Origin: Octopus sinensis
Lineage: Eukaryota
Length of the DNA: 64,000 nt
Reading direction: 5' to 3'
Assembly: GCF_006345805.1 (NCBI RefSeq)
Contig: NC_043012.1
Location: 43,648,001 to 43,712,000 of the forward strand
The translations under genes and the position numbers were made by a program. Numbering within the stretch: the first letter of the stretch is position 1; each line of letters opens with the position of its first letter. The notes under the pieces were generated by a model. It was given only the letters and a program-made list of their open reading frames with translations, did no database searches and was not told the DNA's origin. Positions 1 through 13,600 of this stretch are shown in pieces.

Positions 1-165
1 TGGTTCGACTGTGGCTTTGAATATTTCAAGTTTGAAGTCTCTACTTAGATTTGATGACCAAATCTTATGCATGTCATTACAGGCTGACCAGGCCATACCC
101 TTTCTAATTAGAAAATCTTTTCCAGATGATGATATATGTGACCTAAGATATTTGTAATCAGAAAC
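1..165 (-). mobile_element. LINE (RTE-like) reverse transcriptase C-terminal fragment, running off the window edge
   Basis: Minus strand reads DYKYLRSHISSSGKDFLIRKGMAWSACNDMHKIWSSNLSRDFKLEIFKATVEP, matching the YKYLGS...KRI..AW..L.KIW thumb region of non-LTR RTs. Confidence 0.7.
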
Positions 166-169
166 CATA

Positions 170-1700
170 TTTAAGGGCGCATTGTTGAGGGCGCAGTGTA
201 ATAATGTTCCTTATATTTATCGAAGATATCTTCGTTGGGCGAGAGATACGAAATTCTTTTACTAATGCCCTGGACAAGTCCTCTCTTTATAAAATTTGGG
301 TGATTGCTATGTGCATTAATATATTTGAAGTTGGTATTAGGTTTAATGCATGGTTCGTATAATCCCGTGGTTAAATTACAATTGGTAGCTGAATAGTTAA
401 TATAATAATACTCTTTTTATATAGGCGGCGAGCTGGCAGAACCGTTAGCACTCCGGGCGAAATGCTTAGCGGTATTTCGTCTGCCGCTACGTTCTGAGTT
501 CAAATTCCGCCGAGGTCGACTTTGCCTTTCATCCTTTCGGGGTCGATTAAATAAGTACCAGTTACGCACTGAGGTCAATGTAATCGACTTAATCCGTTTG
601 TGTGTCCTTGTTTGTTCTGTGTGTGAGTAGCCCCTTGTGGGCAGTGAAGAAATAAGAATAATACTCTTTTTCTATCGTGATAGTTAATCCAAACGTTTGA
701 AAGAACTTGTATATTTTTTTCTTTAGTAGTTCAAGTCTCCTATTGGAGGTGTCTTTAAGGATAAGTAGCCCATCGTCTCTGTATCTCTGGGAATTCGTCG
801 TGTAAATGAGATGTTAGGTAAATAACCACTAAAACAGATGCCTGTGACGAGTTGGAGACCTCCATTGTGATGTCAAAATAATTATGGGTGTCATTCCTTA
901 CCCACAGCTTGTTATCGGATTTTACTATAGATTTCCTAGCTTCTACGATTATCTCAATTTCATTCATTGTCAATTTGGTATGTTTTTAGCGAAAATCAGA
1001 GCGCTATTTAGAACCATAGGATTAATTGATGAGTAGTAGAAATCTATGTCTGTTTGAAGGAACTTATAATTATTCTTATTTTGTATATTGGAGAACTATT
1101 TAAGGGCGTCGTGGGTATTTGACCATACTTCTATAGTGATCTTGTTTTGTATAGTAGGAATATATTTATCTAAGCTTAGCTTGCGGATTTACTTACCTCG
1201 CATAGATCGGATTTATTAGGGCAGATTAGTCTAACTTACGTGTCTCTTAAGAAATGTTCTTTGTGGTCCTTAATTGTTATGCGGGGTCTGGAAGGTGCGG
1301 ATGGTTCAGTTTTCTCTTCTAAGTTGTAGTTGGTCATAATCTTTTTGGTGGATAAGTTCATAGATCTTAAAGTCTTATTAGGCACTATTTTGTATATTTT
1401 GTTATATCTTTATGCAACAGCCGGTGGTATAAATTAATATCCAACTTATATGAGTTCCTGATTTTGTTGGAGTGTACAATAATTCCCTTTTGCGAATTTA
1501 GTTTCAGTAGTAGGTCCTTTAAGCTGGGTGTCGTTTAAATTTTAGGTTCCTAATAGTATCCCATAGTTCGTTCTCAAAGGCGTTTAGGTGTCTGTTTGGT
1601 AGGGGTACTTTTCTAGTTTTGAAAATTCTTTCGGTAAAATTGTTGCTGTTGTTGTGATTGGTAGACTCTGTTTGGCTATTTTTAGCGTAGAATAAGGCTT
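170..1700 (-). mobile_element. Penelope-like element, decayed RT region (frameshifts and stops), interrupted by a SINE
   Basis: Minus-strand pieces AFENELWDTIRNLKF, HSNKIRNSYKLD, ITIKDHKEHFLRDT*VRLICPNKSDLCEVSK, FLQTDIDFYYSSI, FDITM, YRDDGLLILKD...FGLTITIE and NLTTGLYEPCIKPNTNFKYINAHSNHP follow the order of PLE RT motifs. Confidence 0.9.
404..671 (+). mobile_element. tRNA-derived SINE (family A), full length, with 15-bp target-site duplication
   Basis: Head GGCGGCGAGCTGGCAGAA, B-box-like GAGTTCAAATTCC, core GAGGTCGACTTTGCCTTTCATCCTTTCGGGGTCGA. AATAATACTCTTTTT is duplicated at 404-418 and 657-671. Confidence 0.9.
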
Positions 1701-2589
1701 TCCATCATAAGAATAAGGCTTTCCAGTGGCAGACGGAAATTACTATGGTATGTAGAAAGGTATGAGAGAAGATAGAGGGATGGACAAAGTTGGGGTGAGT
1801 TGGTAGTTAAGATAGAAGTGGTTAGTTTGATAATGAATATGGGTTGGTATTGGAGGGGAAGTACAATGGTAAGCAAAGGTGTATGAAATTGAATAGAGGG
1901 AAGTGAATAGAGAGGAGGAAAGGATTAACAGGTTAGTGTCCAAATGAGTGGGGTAGTATTAAGTGCTTTTGGTTTAGGAGAAATGAAAGGAGACCATCGG
2001 GAGGCTATAGACGAATTTGCAAATGTAACAATGAAAAAGAATAGTTTTAATAGGGAGGGTAGTATCAGTTGGGGTAGTAAGCTGCTAAGCTTACCTGTAA
2101 TACCTTAAGGTGAAATTTGAGTAAGGGTAGTGATAGTTGTGGGATTATATAGATTTAACAGAATGTGCAAGTGATGTGTAGAACCTATGTTTACAACATA
2201 GTATTACATCTGATAATATATTAAGTAATGAGGAGTTGTGGTGCCGATCTCAAGATTCTTTAAAAAAACACAACAACCGGAAATTTTGTCAAAATCATGG
2301 GTAATCTAACAAAAACATAACACACGGATAATTCGTTGCTAATTCCTCATCAGTTAGCGTCCAGTAGTCTTAGTAGTTTCGCACCGTTATCATATATTTC
2401 TTCATTGGAAGCGCCAATACACACTCCCTTTATATGAAGAAAAATCTTTCTGTTTTCCGAGATGACTTACATTAAAACATATTTTCTTTCATTGTTTTAG
2501 CGTATTCTTAACTCCTGCTTCGTGAGGGTTACAGATTTGATCTATCTTCCCAGGTCTTTATTACACGACTATGATGTTTGTTATTCACT

Positions 2590-2633
2590 GTTTGTTGTTG
2601 TTTTTGTTATTATTATTATTATCATCATCATCA

Positions 2634-2708
<75 letters not shown>

Positions 2709-2747
2709 TTAATAATAATAATTATAATAATAATAATAATAATATTT
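2590..2747. repeat. Compound trinucleotide microsatellite (GTT/ATT/ATC/AAT)
   Basis: Directly visible. Confidence 0.95.
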
Positions 2748-3152
2748 GAAGAATAATATTTTTGTAGATATTCCATCCTTCTGTAGATCTCCCATCCTTC
2801 TAATAGGTAGTTAGTAGAAAATATCTCATAATAGATAAAAGGAGGGGTTAGGTAGAAAAATCGAATATGAAGAGATATCGGGACAAAAGCAACTAAAATC
2901 TACTCTTTTATTGGTTCCTGTATTCGTATCGTGAACAAGTTTGAACATGTAAACATGAAGATCGTAATTCCTACATGGCTTTAGGATTGCAAAATCCAGC
3001 AGTTCTTTTAAAAAGTAAAAAGAATTTAGGGAGATATCCTCATTTCAAATTGATTTGTAATTGTATTGAAATACTGAAAAACGTTTAGCAATATAAGCTG
3101 AGTTTATTGCAGAAGATATAACTGAATTAAACGTCATTAGTATTTTCCCCAG

Positions 3153-3225
3153 AATATTACTGATGCAAATGAAGCGAAATTGACTGAACTGAGATTCGAA
3201 CATTGTCCTCCACCTTCCGTCAACG
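3153..3225 (+). CDS. Possible internal exon (73 nt; NITDANEAKLTELRFEHCPPPSVN), protein unidentified
   Basis: Strong acceptor tattttccccag and donor ACG|gtaagt; only one of three frames is open. No homology recognised. Confidence 0.4.
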
Positions 3226-3657
3226 GTAAGTTATAGATTATTGTATGACAGTTGCCACGAAAATATATATATCTTGTTTTGATATCGCACATATTTGAGT
3301 GAAGTGATAATATAAAAACATGTATTTGTTCATATCATAAAATCTGAGACTACATATATTTTTTTATCTGACTGAAGATCAAACAGATTTCCCAACCTCT
3401 AGCATCATGTGATAAAACATTTCAATATGACTTCATCTTTTAGTAAACTGTAGCAGCAATATAAATTGATGATAATGTTACCAGAAAAAAAATTTATCTA
3501 GATTAATCAAATTATAGAGTAAAACATTTTAAATTAAAATTTAGAATATATATACATACAAACACATACATAAACACATTCACACGCCACGCACATCTGC
3601 AAGCACGCACACACACACATATATATATAGGTACATGCATATGTGTTTGTGTGTGCG

Positions 3658-3665
<8 letters not shown>

Positions 3666-3718
<53 letters not shown>
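3666..3718. repeat. (AT)n microsatellite, representative of many similar tracts (e.g. ~6915, 10700, 16340-16580, 22600, 22870, 23540, 38390)
   Basis: Directly visible. Confidence 0.95.
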
Positions 3719-3720
<2 letters not shown>

Positions 3721-4317
3721 GTTTCAAGTAAAATAAGTATTATATTGATTAACTGTAAAACTATATCCAGCCATATGTCTCTTTGATCTGCTTTGATTGA
3801 TATGATTATTTACAAGAGTAACTTACATTATAACGCCATACTATTCGCGATAATTTCAAGCACAACAGTAATTGTGTATCACTAAAACATGGATTAATTT
3901 TCAAAATATATACAGTAAGAAACGATGTTAATTCATGTCTAATAATTAGCAATTGTTCCAGTAGGGAATTGTTGTCCCATTCGTTCTGTTGAACGAATCG
4001 CATGGGAAAGAGTACCTTTTTCTGTTTTATTAAGAGAGACGACATCACGTTTGTTTATAAAAATATTGAACTACACGAAAAAAAAATTAAGATTTCTTCA
4101 TCAGTAATGATCATGGAATGACAGATAGCATACTGTACCAGTAAAAATTTCGTCTAAAGAAATTCTTAATTGTTTTCATTCCATATCGAAACTATTTTAT
4201 TTCACTGCTCTTAACACCCAAATAAAACAAAAAAAAACACGTGTAATATCGGACACCATCCCTATAATATTTTTCTGTCTACGCTTATGCATATTCGCTG
4301 TGGACGTGAACTTGTGA

Positions 4318-4384
4318 TAATCATATAAAGTGGGTGAAACAAATTGAAAATAATCATATAAAGTGGGTGAAACAATTGAAAATA
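4318..4384. repeat. Tandem duplication of a ~33-bp unit
   Basis: ATAATCATATAAAGTGGGTGAAACAA(A)TTGAAA occurs twice in tandem. Confidence 0.9.
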
Positions 4385-6910
4385 CTCTCTCGCGTGAAAG
4401 TACAAATACATTAGCGGACCACGTGAGGTAACAGGTCAAATATCACAACACAGTATTTACATCTGAGTGTAAAATTAAAACATGAAATCATTTCTTTCAC
4501 TTACTGTTTGCAGTTACTATTTAAAAAGCAAAAACATTGAAAACATTCATTTGATTTGTTTAAAATTCTTCAACTGCCTTCAGAGATTCCTATCAAATAA
4601 GGTCAAATAAGGCTCTTTGCACGACATTATCTAATAATAGAGACATTAATATTACATAGCATACAAATATCACACATAGCATATTAATTAATAAGTCTTC
4701 GAGAATGGTATATTGTGCTTATAATTTTATACGAAACATTCAAATTTGTATTTCTAAAAATCTTAGAGGAAATTGAGGGCGTATTTTCCATAAAATCAGC
4801 CTAGTTTATTATCGGTTCTATTGCATTACTGGAAGTTATTTTATTGAGAGTTATGAGGTAAAATGATATTTTTTTATTATTTTATATGTTTCGGTCATTA
4901 GACTGCGGCCATGCTGGAGCACTTCCTTGAAGGTTCCGTGAAATGTGGCTACTAATTAAGAAATGTGAAACAGGATGAGTATACCTGAAAGTACATGAAA
5001 CGATACTGTAAAGAAAACGCTGGTTAGTGGATGCTATGAAGTCTATTTCCGAAAACCTTTTTATGCTTTTATTGATTCAAGTTGAATGATGCTCGTATAT
5101 CATTAATAAAAATAGGGTGAATGTTTATTTCGTTTCATCAAAGATTTTTACTATCTCGGTGACCTAAAGCAAAATTTAATTATTATGAAAAATTCTAAGA
5201 CTAATTGGTAGAATTATACATATCTCTAAACTGAAACTGAATTTGTCGTCGTCTCTGATTTTGAATCCTATTATCTTGAATGAGAACATTAACGCCAATA
5301 ACACTTTCGCTTTCCTTTATCATTATAGTATATCCTATAATTCCTTTTATTCGATAAATCATTAACTTAATCAATTGAGAAAAATAATAGAGTTACTGCG
5401 GCTAATGCTACAAAGACATTTCCTCAATATAATTGTTAGTAAACTCAATAATTGTATTTAAGTTTCAATTTAGAAACATCAAAGTTACTCCAACTCTTAA
5501 TGGTATTTTTTTATCAGATTTTATAGAAAACATTAAAATTTTGATATTTCCCTCTTTGAAACGTACACGCTCGCACATAAATGCCCACAAACTCTCACTA
5601 AATCATTCACTTTCTCATTCTTGATGTCTTTGTCTCTAATTTGATTATTATTTGGTTTAATGACTTCGTACCATATTTAAATCATTGCTCTTAAAATGGG
5701 ACTCTCTAAGATATATTTAATTGATTTCTAAATAAAATTATTCCATTCTACTCAATTGTTTTGTTTCTTACTTGCTTCGTTCCAAGGCAATTGAGTTACT
5801 TTATACAATTGAACAAAGCATTCTGTACAAACCACATATATTACATTTAAAATAGACATATTCTTATTATTAAATACCAGTCATGAATTTACAATTCTGT
5901 AAACTCTTTTCGACTTTGAGATGATATGGTAGGCATTCAATAATGATAGTATTTTCAGTTTTGTCCCGGCATTTCACGAGAATTATACTACATTCATAAT
6001 AGATCTTGTACTACATTTCTGAACCCATAACTTTCACTGGCTTGATCTCATAGATAATTGACAGTTCTTCCAATGATCTTAGTATAAATTTTTCTAAGGT
6101 CATTTAAAGAATTTACACAAAGTTTTCAAATAATCAACATGTTCTCCAGACTACCAATGAAATATCAGATCATCACTTCTTTTGTAATTATATAGATTCT
6201 ACAACTTAGTTTCCAATTGATCTTCTGCAGAATTTATGATAGTTCTTTCTTTCCAAAAGGTGTTGACGATGTGTTGTTTCAAGAGAGATTTCTGTTTCCT
6301 TTGAGGAGTGTGCAGTATATCTGAGTTTGTTGATGTTGAATATGGTTGCTCACAAGCATTCACGTACATGCGCGCACACACAATTACACACTCTTAGTAT
6401 AAAATCCGGAATCCAAAATACTGGTGCGTGTGTCCGTCAAATATAATACTTAAGTTTTTAATAATAAATTTAAAGGAGAGTTTGTATTGTGGCAGTACTT
6501 TTGGATAGCGTCAAAACTGAAAATAGAAAAACTGAATACCTGCATCTGAAACATCTGTTACTTTCCGCCCATTCACAGTCAGCTGACTTATAAACACTGA
6601 ACAAAGGTTCCTTTAAATTTATCATATACTTTCTCTAGCATACAGGGCAAGTAAAGGTAGAATCGTATAGCAGAAATTTACTGACAAGCAGACATATAGA
6701 TATACCATCTTATTATTTTTAGATGTACAACAAATGAAAACAATTTCAGGTGGAGATTTTCAAACTATTTAACTTAATTCGAGAACTTGAGATCCATTAT
6801 TAAATTTCAAAATAATCTTTAAGGACAACCACTTGTTAGATAATCTCGTATATCATAACGGTTAGTCTACTTTAATCCATAAGGAGCATAGGGACGGTTT
6901 CCTGGTCTAT

Positions 6911-6970
<60 letters not shown>

Positions 6971-7355
6971 ATATATTATATATATATATATCACAGGACG
7001 CCATTCTGTCGCAAACTTACTTACACATGGCTAGCCAATTTAGCGGCATTACTTTTGTCGATGTAACGGAACGAAAATAGGTGGTTTGCATAATTTTTTT
7101 AAAAATCGCCTTCGTGAATCCCGATGTAATTCTTTTCCACTTGTTAAAGTGAAGCGTTGCTGTTATTTCTGCCTCGTAAACGACTCGCCACGTAGAATGT
7201 TTGAAGACAAACTCTATACCATAAACAATCTAGTGGAGAAAAGTGGAAAAATTCAAGCCATATATTAGTGGATCTAGGAAATTCAACTTATGCGTAACAG
7301 GAAGATCACGTATTGGTTTTAGATCCAAGAATTACACCACACTGCTTAATTTCAG

Positions 7356-7515
7356 ATTTGAAATGTTTAGTAGATGCAAACACGTGCACAGGTTTCTTTT
7401 GTCGAACTGGAGAACAACACCTGCTCCGGATTGAGTAGCTGTCTCGCAGACTTTGGCATCTTTTTTGTTCTGTACCAGCTGCATTAATTATGGTTTCTGC
7501 AATCAAGGAGGACAG
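7356..7515 (+). other. Possible spliced exon (160 nt), phase-compatible with 3153-3225 but containing an in-frame TAG at 7436-7438
   Basis: Acceptor ttaatttcag, donor CAG|gtgtgt, followed by a T-rich tract. Reads DLKCLVDANTCTGFFCRTGEQHLLRIE*LSRRLWHLFCSVPAALIMVSAIKED. Confidence 0.3.
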
Positions 7516-7744
7516 GTGTGTTGGTTTTCTTTTCTTTTGTTTCTTCTCATTCCATGTATAGCATCAAACTTCTTCGTGTTTTTTCTTCTCATTTTTTTTC
7601 ATTTTTTCACAGTCCAGAGTCCTGATTTTTAAAATAGATCTAACATGAACAGAACCATGGCGTGTTTCATAAAACTGGCAATTTAAAGTATCGTAAAGGC
7701 AAAAACTTTTAGTAATGCTTTCCTAAATGAGTATTAAATTTATT

Positions 7745-7810
<66 letters not shown>

Positions 7811-7813
<3 letters not shown>

Positions 7814-8065
7814 GTGCAGGCGTGGCTGGGTGATAATAGGTTTTCTTCCCAATGATATGCGTGTGTGTGTGTGTATGTGTGTCCGTGTTTGTCCCCAACC
7901 ACCGCATGACAACCGGTGTTTGGTGTATTTACGTCCTCGTAACATAAAGTTCCGGTAGAAGAAACCGATAAAATAAGTACTGGTGTCGGTTTGATCGAAA
8001 TATTCTTCAGAAGCGGTGCCCCACCAAGGCCGCAGCCCAATGACTAAAACAAGTAAAAGATAATA
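7811..8065 (+). mobile_element. SINE family B (internal GT tract), internally deleted
   Basis: Head GGTGCAGGCGTGGCTG and tail ...GCGGTGCCCCACCAAGGCCGCAGCCCAATGACTAAAACAAGTAAAAGA, homologous to 26688-27050. Confidence 0.8.
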
Positions 8066-8414
8066 AAATATATAAACAGATTTGCGAATGAGATTTAAAC
8101 AATCTATTTAAATGTTGTATTGAAATATACACGATATAACAGAGCGCTCAACATAAAGGAATGAATAGGTTTTCAGCCGAATCCATGGAAGAGAATGTAA
8201 CAATCCGTCATGAAACGCTGTTTAAAGATAACCCAGTAAGCGTCTGGAGTTTCGAAATATTTTATTGAAATTTTGACTCTTAGAAACTGTACAATTGGTT
8301 TTGCAGGCTTGTTTTGCATGTCTAAACAATTCTTGCTGTTGCAGATAATTTACCAAAGAATGTCTCTGATATGCGTGTTACCTTTTATCTTTTTATAAAA
8401 GCTACTTTCTTTGT

Positions 8415-8433
8415 ACTACTACTACTACTACTA

Positions 8434-8477
<44 letters not shown>

Positions 8478-8517
8478 AGTTGTGGCAGCAGTAGTAACAG
8501 CAGCAGCAGCAGCAGCA

Positions 8518-8548
<31 letters not shown>

Positions 8549-8550
8549 AT
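8415..8550. repeat. Compound (CTA)n/(GCA)n/(GTA)n microsatellite
   Basis: Directly visible. Confidence 0.95.
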
Positions 8551-10691
8551 GAACAAAGAAAGTCTAAATATCTCTGAACAATAGGAGATAATAAAGATTG
8601 CTCTGACTTTTACTGAATGATAAAAAAAGTTTGTTTTCCGTTATTTTCTTATAACAATTTAAATGGCCATTTTGCTTTCTTATTTGCAATGTTTATCTTT
8701 CAGTGTATTAATATATGAAATTGTAAATAATTCTAGGTACAACCTAACTATACATAAACAACTCAAAGTCTGCACTGTCTATCTGTACATATACTTCCAC
8801 ATATTTTGTAATCTGTGCGTGTTTAGTTTGGCCAAGATGGTTGTGCTATAACCCCTGTTGTTGTTAGTTAGAAACGCCACCGATTTATAAAAATATCCAT
8901 ATTATTTTCCTTATAGTTTACAGAAGGATAGCCTAAGAAATTTCTGTGTTACCTCATAGGAGTCTAAGGGAAAATGTTATGTTCAGTGTTCAAGCGTTAA
9001 AATACTCACTTACACACTGTTACAAATGTAAATGATCAATTTTACTGATTGGAATAAATTATATGAATATTATCGTTGATAATTAGTGTGGCAATGGAAT
9101 GAACCAGCTTTCATTGTAACAGACGTCTAAAGAACTATAATCCATTTTATGTCTTACTACAATTCATTTCATATTTCATATTATATATGACAATGGACAA
9201 CGAGTAAAGAAGGAAATTTTGCATCGTCACTAGTCGTGAAAAGTGGGGAGGAAAGGGATAAAGTAGCTTGAAATGTACATTGACTGGACACTGACAGGAT
9301 TGTCATGGTGAGAGTGCCTTAGCTCATATATTTTTTCTGTGAAGAATGAATTGGGGTTAAACAAATACCCGTTTTGCTTTTGTCTTGTTACAAATTCAAA
9401 GAGATATTGCTAGCAGTAAGGTATCTGCCAATAATTACTATTTGTTAATAGAACGGGATACTTAGAATATTTTTTATTCTTTTTTCTTTCAAAAACACAT
9501 AGACTGTAAACACACGTGGAAATCAAACGGACTAATTAAATTACTAATATCTATAACTATCTATAACTCGCACAAAATTACTATTCTTTAAATATTATTT
9601 CAGGATTCTCAAAACTCAGTAATACTGGATTGGGTTTGGAATTTGCAAGGAAAGATTCCATTGCATTATATTCCGAAATCAGTTAGTATTCAACGAGTTA
9701 ACATTGACTAATTAACAGTTCAAAGGTTACAATCACTGAGTTTTAAATTTTGAGAACGATAAAAGTGTAAGACTTAAGAATGTTGTTTAGCTTCCATCAC
9801 ATTCAAGCAAATGCATTTTAAACAAAATCTTCTATTGAAGTTACCTCCAAATATATGCCGTTTCCCTCCTGAACATAACTAACCATAGATCCGACGGTCA
9901 TTCGTAAATCATGCTAAAGATTATATTTAAAACATGCATCAAATAAAAGCCTTCATTACCCATTTGCCCTTTAACAGAGTTGGAATGCACCATATAAGAC
10001 GTATATCACACATCTCGATTTAATTTTACTATGACCCTTACATGCTGTTGACTTTCTAAGTACAACTTCTATTTATCTGAAATGAAGAGAAGTAATATGT
10101 GTATGTATAGGTGCGTGTGTTCGTGCGTGTAAGTGAGAGACAACAGTCAACAAGTTAGAATGAACGAGGTTACAAAGAGCACCTTGGCAATATTTACATT
10201 TCTTCATCAATTAAAAGGTCATACTAACAAGGAAGATATTGATCTTTTTACCTTCCAAGGCAGGCATTTTCACGCCTACAACAAATATTTAATCTATTTA
10301 ATCGCCCCTTCATCAACTAGTAGTGACTGCGTCATATGTTTCCTTTATTAAATCTCTTTTCCCTGCGAGATTACTAGGAATTTATTTATTCTATTTGCCT
10401 ATTTTATTTTAGAGTATTTTCATCGAATTAATTATATCACCCTATGTATTAAAATATCATCACGATTTATTACAAGTTTCTTCTGTAGGCATTAATCTGG
10501 GGAGGTTTACAGGGAAAGATGAAATAGACTATGGAAGCTTTGACACATTTCTCAGGGGCATTTGGTAGCGTGAACTGTAATGATATATTCGCCGCAACGT
10601 AATCTGTAAATTGATTTCTAGCAAATAACAAAATCAAGTATAGTTTATGGTGACCCTTGTATGCCACTACACACACTAACACATAAACACA

Positions 10692-10781
<90 letters not shown>

Positions 10782-11342
10782 TTATGTGTGTGTGTGCGTG
10801 TGCAACATACATACACACATACATACAAATACATATATGCAGAGGCGTGAAGCAAACTCAGCTTCAATTTCAGTTTCAAATATATGTATGTATGTATATA
10901 TGCTAATACACTCGCGCGCGCACACACGCTCGCACACATATAAGGATGGATGGAGAGATTGATGAATGTATAACTAAGTATAGCTTGTGCGCGTACGTAT
11001 GTATGATTGTAGGCGTATTAAAACCGAATGTTGAAGAACGTTATTTTGCAAAGACGATGAGCGGTTCCGATTCGGCTACTTGGCATTTTGGGAAGGTTTT
11101 AATTTCTATAGTCTCGGGTTGAACTATTCTTTATGAGTGAAACTGGGTAGAGGGTAACTATGGCAGTCCGGCGGATTGATTGTAGCAGTAATACAAGGGT
11201 AGACCTTTGTCATATTGTGACCAAACAACTACGGTTGGAAACTCTGACCAAATTTATCTAATGCATGCATATGCTTACAATTAGATGAATTTGTGGGTGT
11301 GTGTGTGTATGCATGTAGATATATAAAAATGTGTATGTATGT

Positions 11343-11485
11343 ATAGGTGCAGGAGTGGCTATATGGTTCCGGGTTCAGTCCTACTGCGTGGAACTTTGGT
11401 CAAGTGTCTTCTGCGATAGCCTTGGGCCAACCAAGGCCTTGTGAGTAGATTTGGTAGACAGAAACTCAAAGAAGACCATCGTGCG

Positions 11486-11490
<5 letters not shown>
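11343..11490 (+). mobile_element. SINE family B, 5' half followed by (AC)n/(AT)n
   Basis: GGTTCCGGGTTCAGTCC B-box-like motif and GGCCTTGTGAGTAGATTTGGTAGACAGAAACT shared with the other B copies. Confidence 0.85.
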
Positions 11491-11531
<41 letters not shown>

Positions 11532-11568
11532 TACATACACACAGACACACACACACACACACACACAC

Positions 11569-11622
<54 letters not shown>

Positions 11623-11659
11623 CCTTGAACTCTTGATCTTGAACTCTGCTGTGCATGCG

Positions 11660-11995
11660 CACTAATTTTTAACGTCCTAGCTCACTTCCGCTGTTTACAG
11701 CAGTGATTGGAAGGAAGGTGTGTAGCGTGTGATCGTCGTGCTGACCATGATAGAGGAAGTTGAGCAGAGAATTTGCATCAGATTTTGCCAAAAGCTTGGT
11801 GATACTTGCTCAGAGGCCTATGCAAAGTTTTCAAAAAGTTTTCATCATTCTCGACAAAATCAAGGAGATCTTATGCAACTGAAACCCTTTTTGGTCAGCT
11901 GAAAGCGGTTTGGCCACAAACTTAGCAGACACGCGTCTTATAACCAAATCTTTAGTGATAATGGACTGAACTAAACCGTAACTAATTCATTCACA
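11660..11995 (+). mobile_element. Mariner-derived internally deleted element
   Basis: Encodes MIEEVEQRICIRFCQKLGDTCSEAYAKF, matching the mariner transposase N-terminus (EQR.CIKFC.KLG...E). Confidence 0.7.
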
Positions 11996-11999
11996 CCAA

Positions 12000-13330
12000 C
12001 TCCAAAACCCCAACAGATCATATTAAATATACTGAAGAATTTCGTACAAAACTCTAGCTACAGGAAATCTCCAAAAAGAAGGCTTACGAAGATCCGCCAT
12101 GTGTAAGAAATTAAAAAGTAAAATGAGAATTTAAACTTCCGATGAACAGAAATATACAATTAAAGGAATATATAACATGCCTGAAAGGGCCTCTAGGTTC
12201 AAGTCTTCGAGCAGGACATTTAAAATCAAACATTACAAATGAAGAGCAAACGCACTGGAATATTTGCAGAAAGATTAAATATATATATGCACACATAGAA
12301 ATATACATATGCACATACACATACACAAACACACACACAAAAGGAGGAGCCATAGTAATAATGAATGAAATTCATTACAAGGAAATGGTCTTAGGACAAC
12401 TAAATGAACAACATTTAGAAAAATTATAGGATCTCCAAGCACTATTTGTAAATATTCCCTAACTGTCTAATTTAAAATCACTTCCAAATGTTACAGTCAA
12501 CGTCAAGCACTTTACGATTAAGCAATTGACCCGGCATAATTTTGAAACTCTTATGCTAATTGGTTCCTAATTTCATGAAAGACGATCCTTGTTATTTTCG
12601 ACATCACCAGTTTCTGCAAAATATCTCCTAGTGATAAGATTTGGAAGCAGTAGAATTCACTCATAGAATTCAGGAGAAATTTCAAAATATTTTCTACTAC
12701 ATGTGTTAAGATTGGCATTAGAAGGCATTTACATTTTCTCTGATAATCAATATTACCTTCAGATAAAATGAATTACAACAGGAATATAAGTTTTATCCAG
12801 TTTTGCAATACTAGTCATGAGATCTAGGATTATTTTGTAACAGAAGTAAGATCTTACGCCGACACTTAAATTTTAGATCTTGTCATCCATTTAATACGAA
12901 AAGAAATATCCAATTTAATATGGCAATTCCATGGTTACGGATTCAAGGAGAAGAGGGAGAAGACTGATAGAACTTTAAAAATTCTACTAGGAACAATTTT
13001 TTTTTTAAATCTCGGTAAATGATGTCCAAATTCCTCACTTCGTAATGTTCTCTGTTTTGAATAAATAGACATTTGTGCAAAGAGAGAATTTAAAATATTC
13101 CCTTTTCTAAAATAAATAAATATTCAACTTCGAAAAGCGAAAGAACAAGACATTCTAAGAATTCTAAATCCAAATCTAAACCGCAAATATTCAATATCGC
13201 TATTAAAAACAACTATATCTATATGGATTACCGCATAACTGAGTTTGAAAATCTGAAAAGAGAGAAAAGCCCTTTACATGAAAACTTCTAAAAGATCTGT
13301 ATCGGTCAGTTTCTTGCAGAAATTTTGGTA
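12000..13330 (+). mobile_element. Heavily decayed Penelope-like element RT region
   Basis: KSNITNEEQ...KGGAIVIMNEIHYKEMVLGQLNEQHLEKL matches the PLE NLT.EE..AL...ADKGGAVV.M...Y motif. The 3' extent is uncertain. Confidence 0.65.
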
Positions 13331-13399
13331 TAGTTGATAATTTTCAGATATGACTATGAAACTTAGCAAAGCAAAGTTGCGTCCCGAGTCATATAAACT

Positions 13400-13600
13400 C
13401 ATAGGTCTGGTTTCCCGGTCTCCATAGAGTATATGTTACCCATCTGGACGGGACGCCGGTCCATCACAGGATTACTCATTTTCATCAACTGAGTGAACTG
13501 GGACAACATGAAATAAAGTGTTCGCCCGGTCAAGGAATCGAAACGACAATCTTACGATTACGAGTCAAAGACCCTAACCACTAAGCCACGCGCCTCCCCT
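13400..13600 (-). mobile_element. tRNA-derived SINE (family D)
   Basis: Minus-strand head GGGAGGCGCGTGGCTTAGTGGTTAGGG (A box) and GTTTCGATTCC (B box); body GTGATGGACCGGCGTCCCGTCCAG resembles V/Deu-type SINE domains. Confidence 0.75.

Noticed and set aside
2325-2400. CTGATGAG on the minus strand near the first PLE
   Set aside because: No GAAA after the possible stem II and no valid cleavage triplet geometry.
3806-6381. Faint hAT-transposase-like peptide fragments on the minus strand
   Set aside because: Similarity is weak and the fragments are in the wrong domain order.
8177-8235. Possible 59-nt plus-strand exon (ESMEENVTIRHETLFKDNP)
   Set aside because: Short pyrimidine tract, weak donor context and no recognisable homology; compatible with chance.
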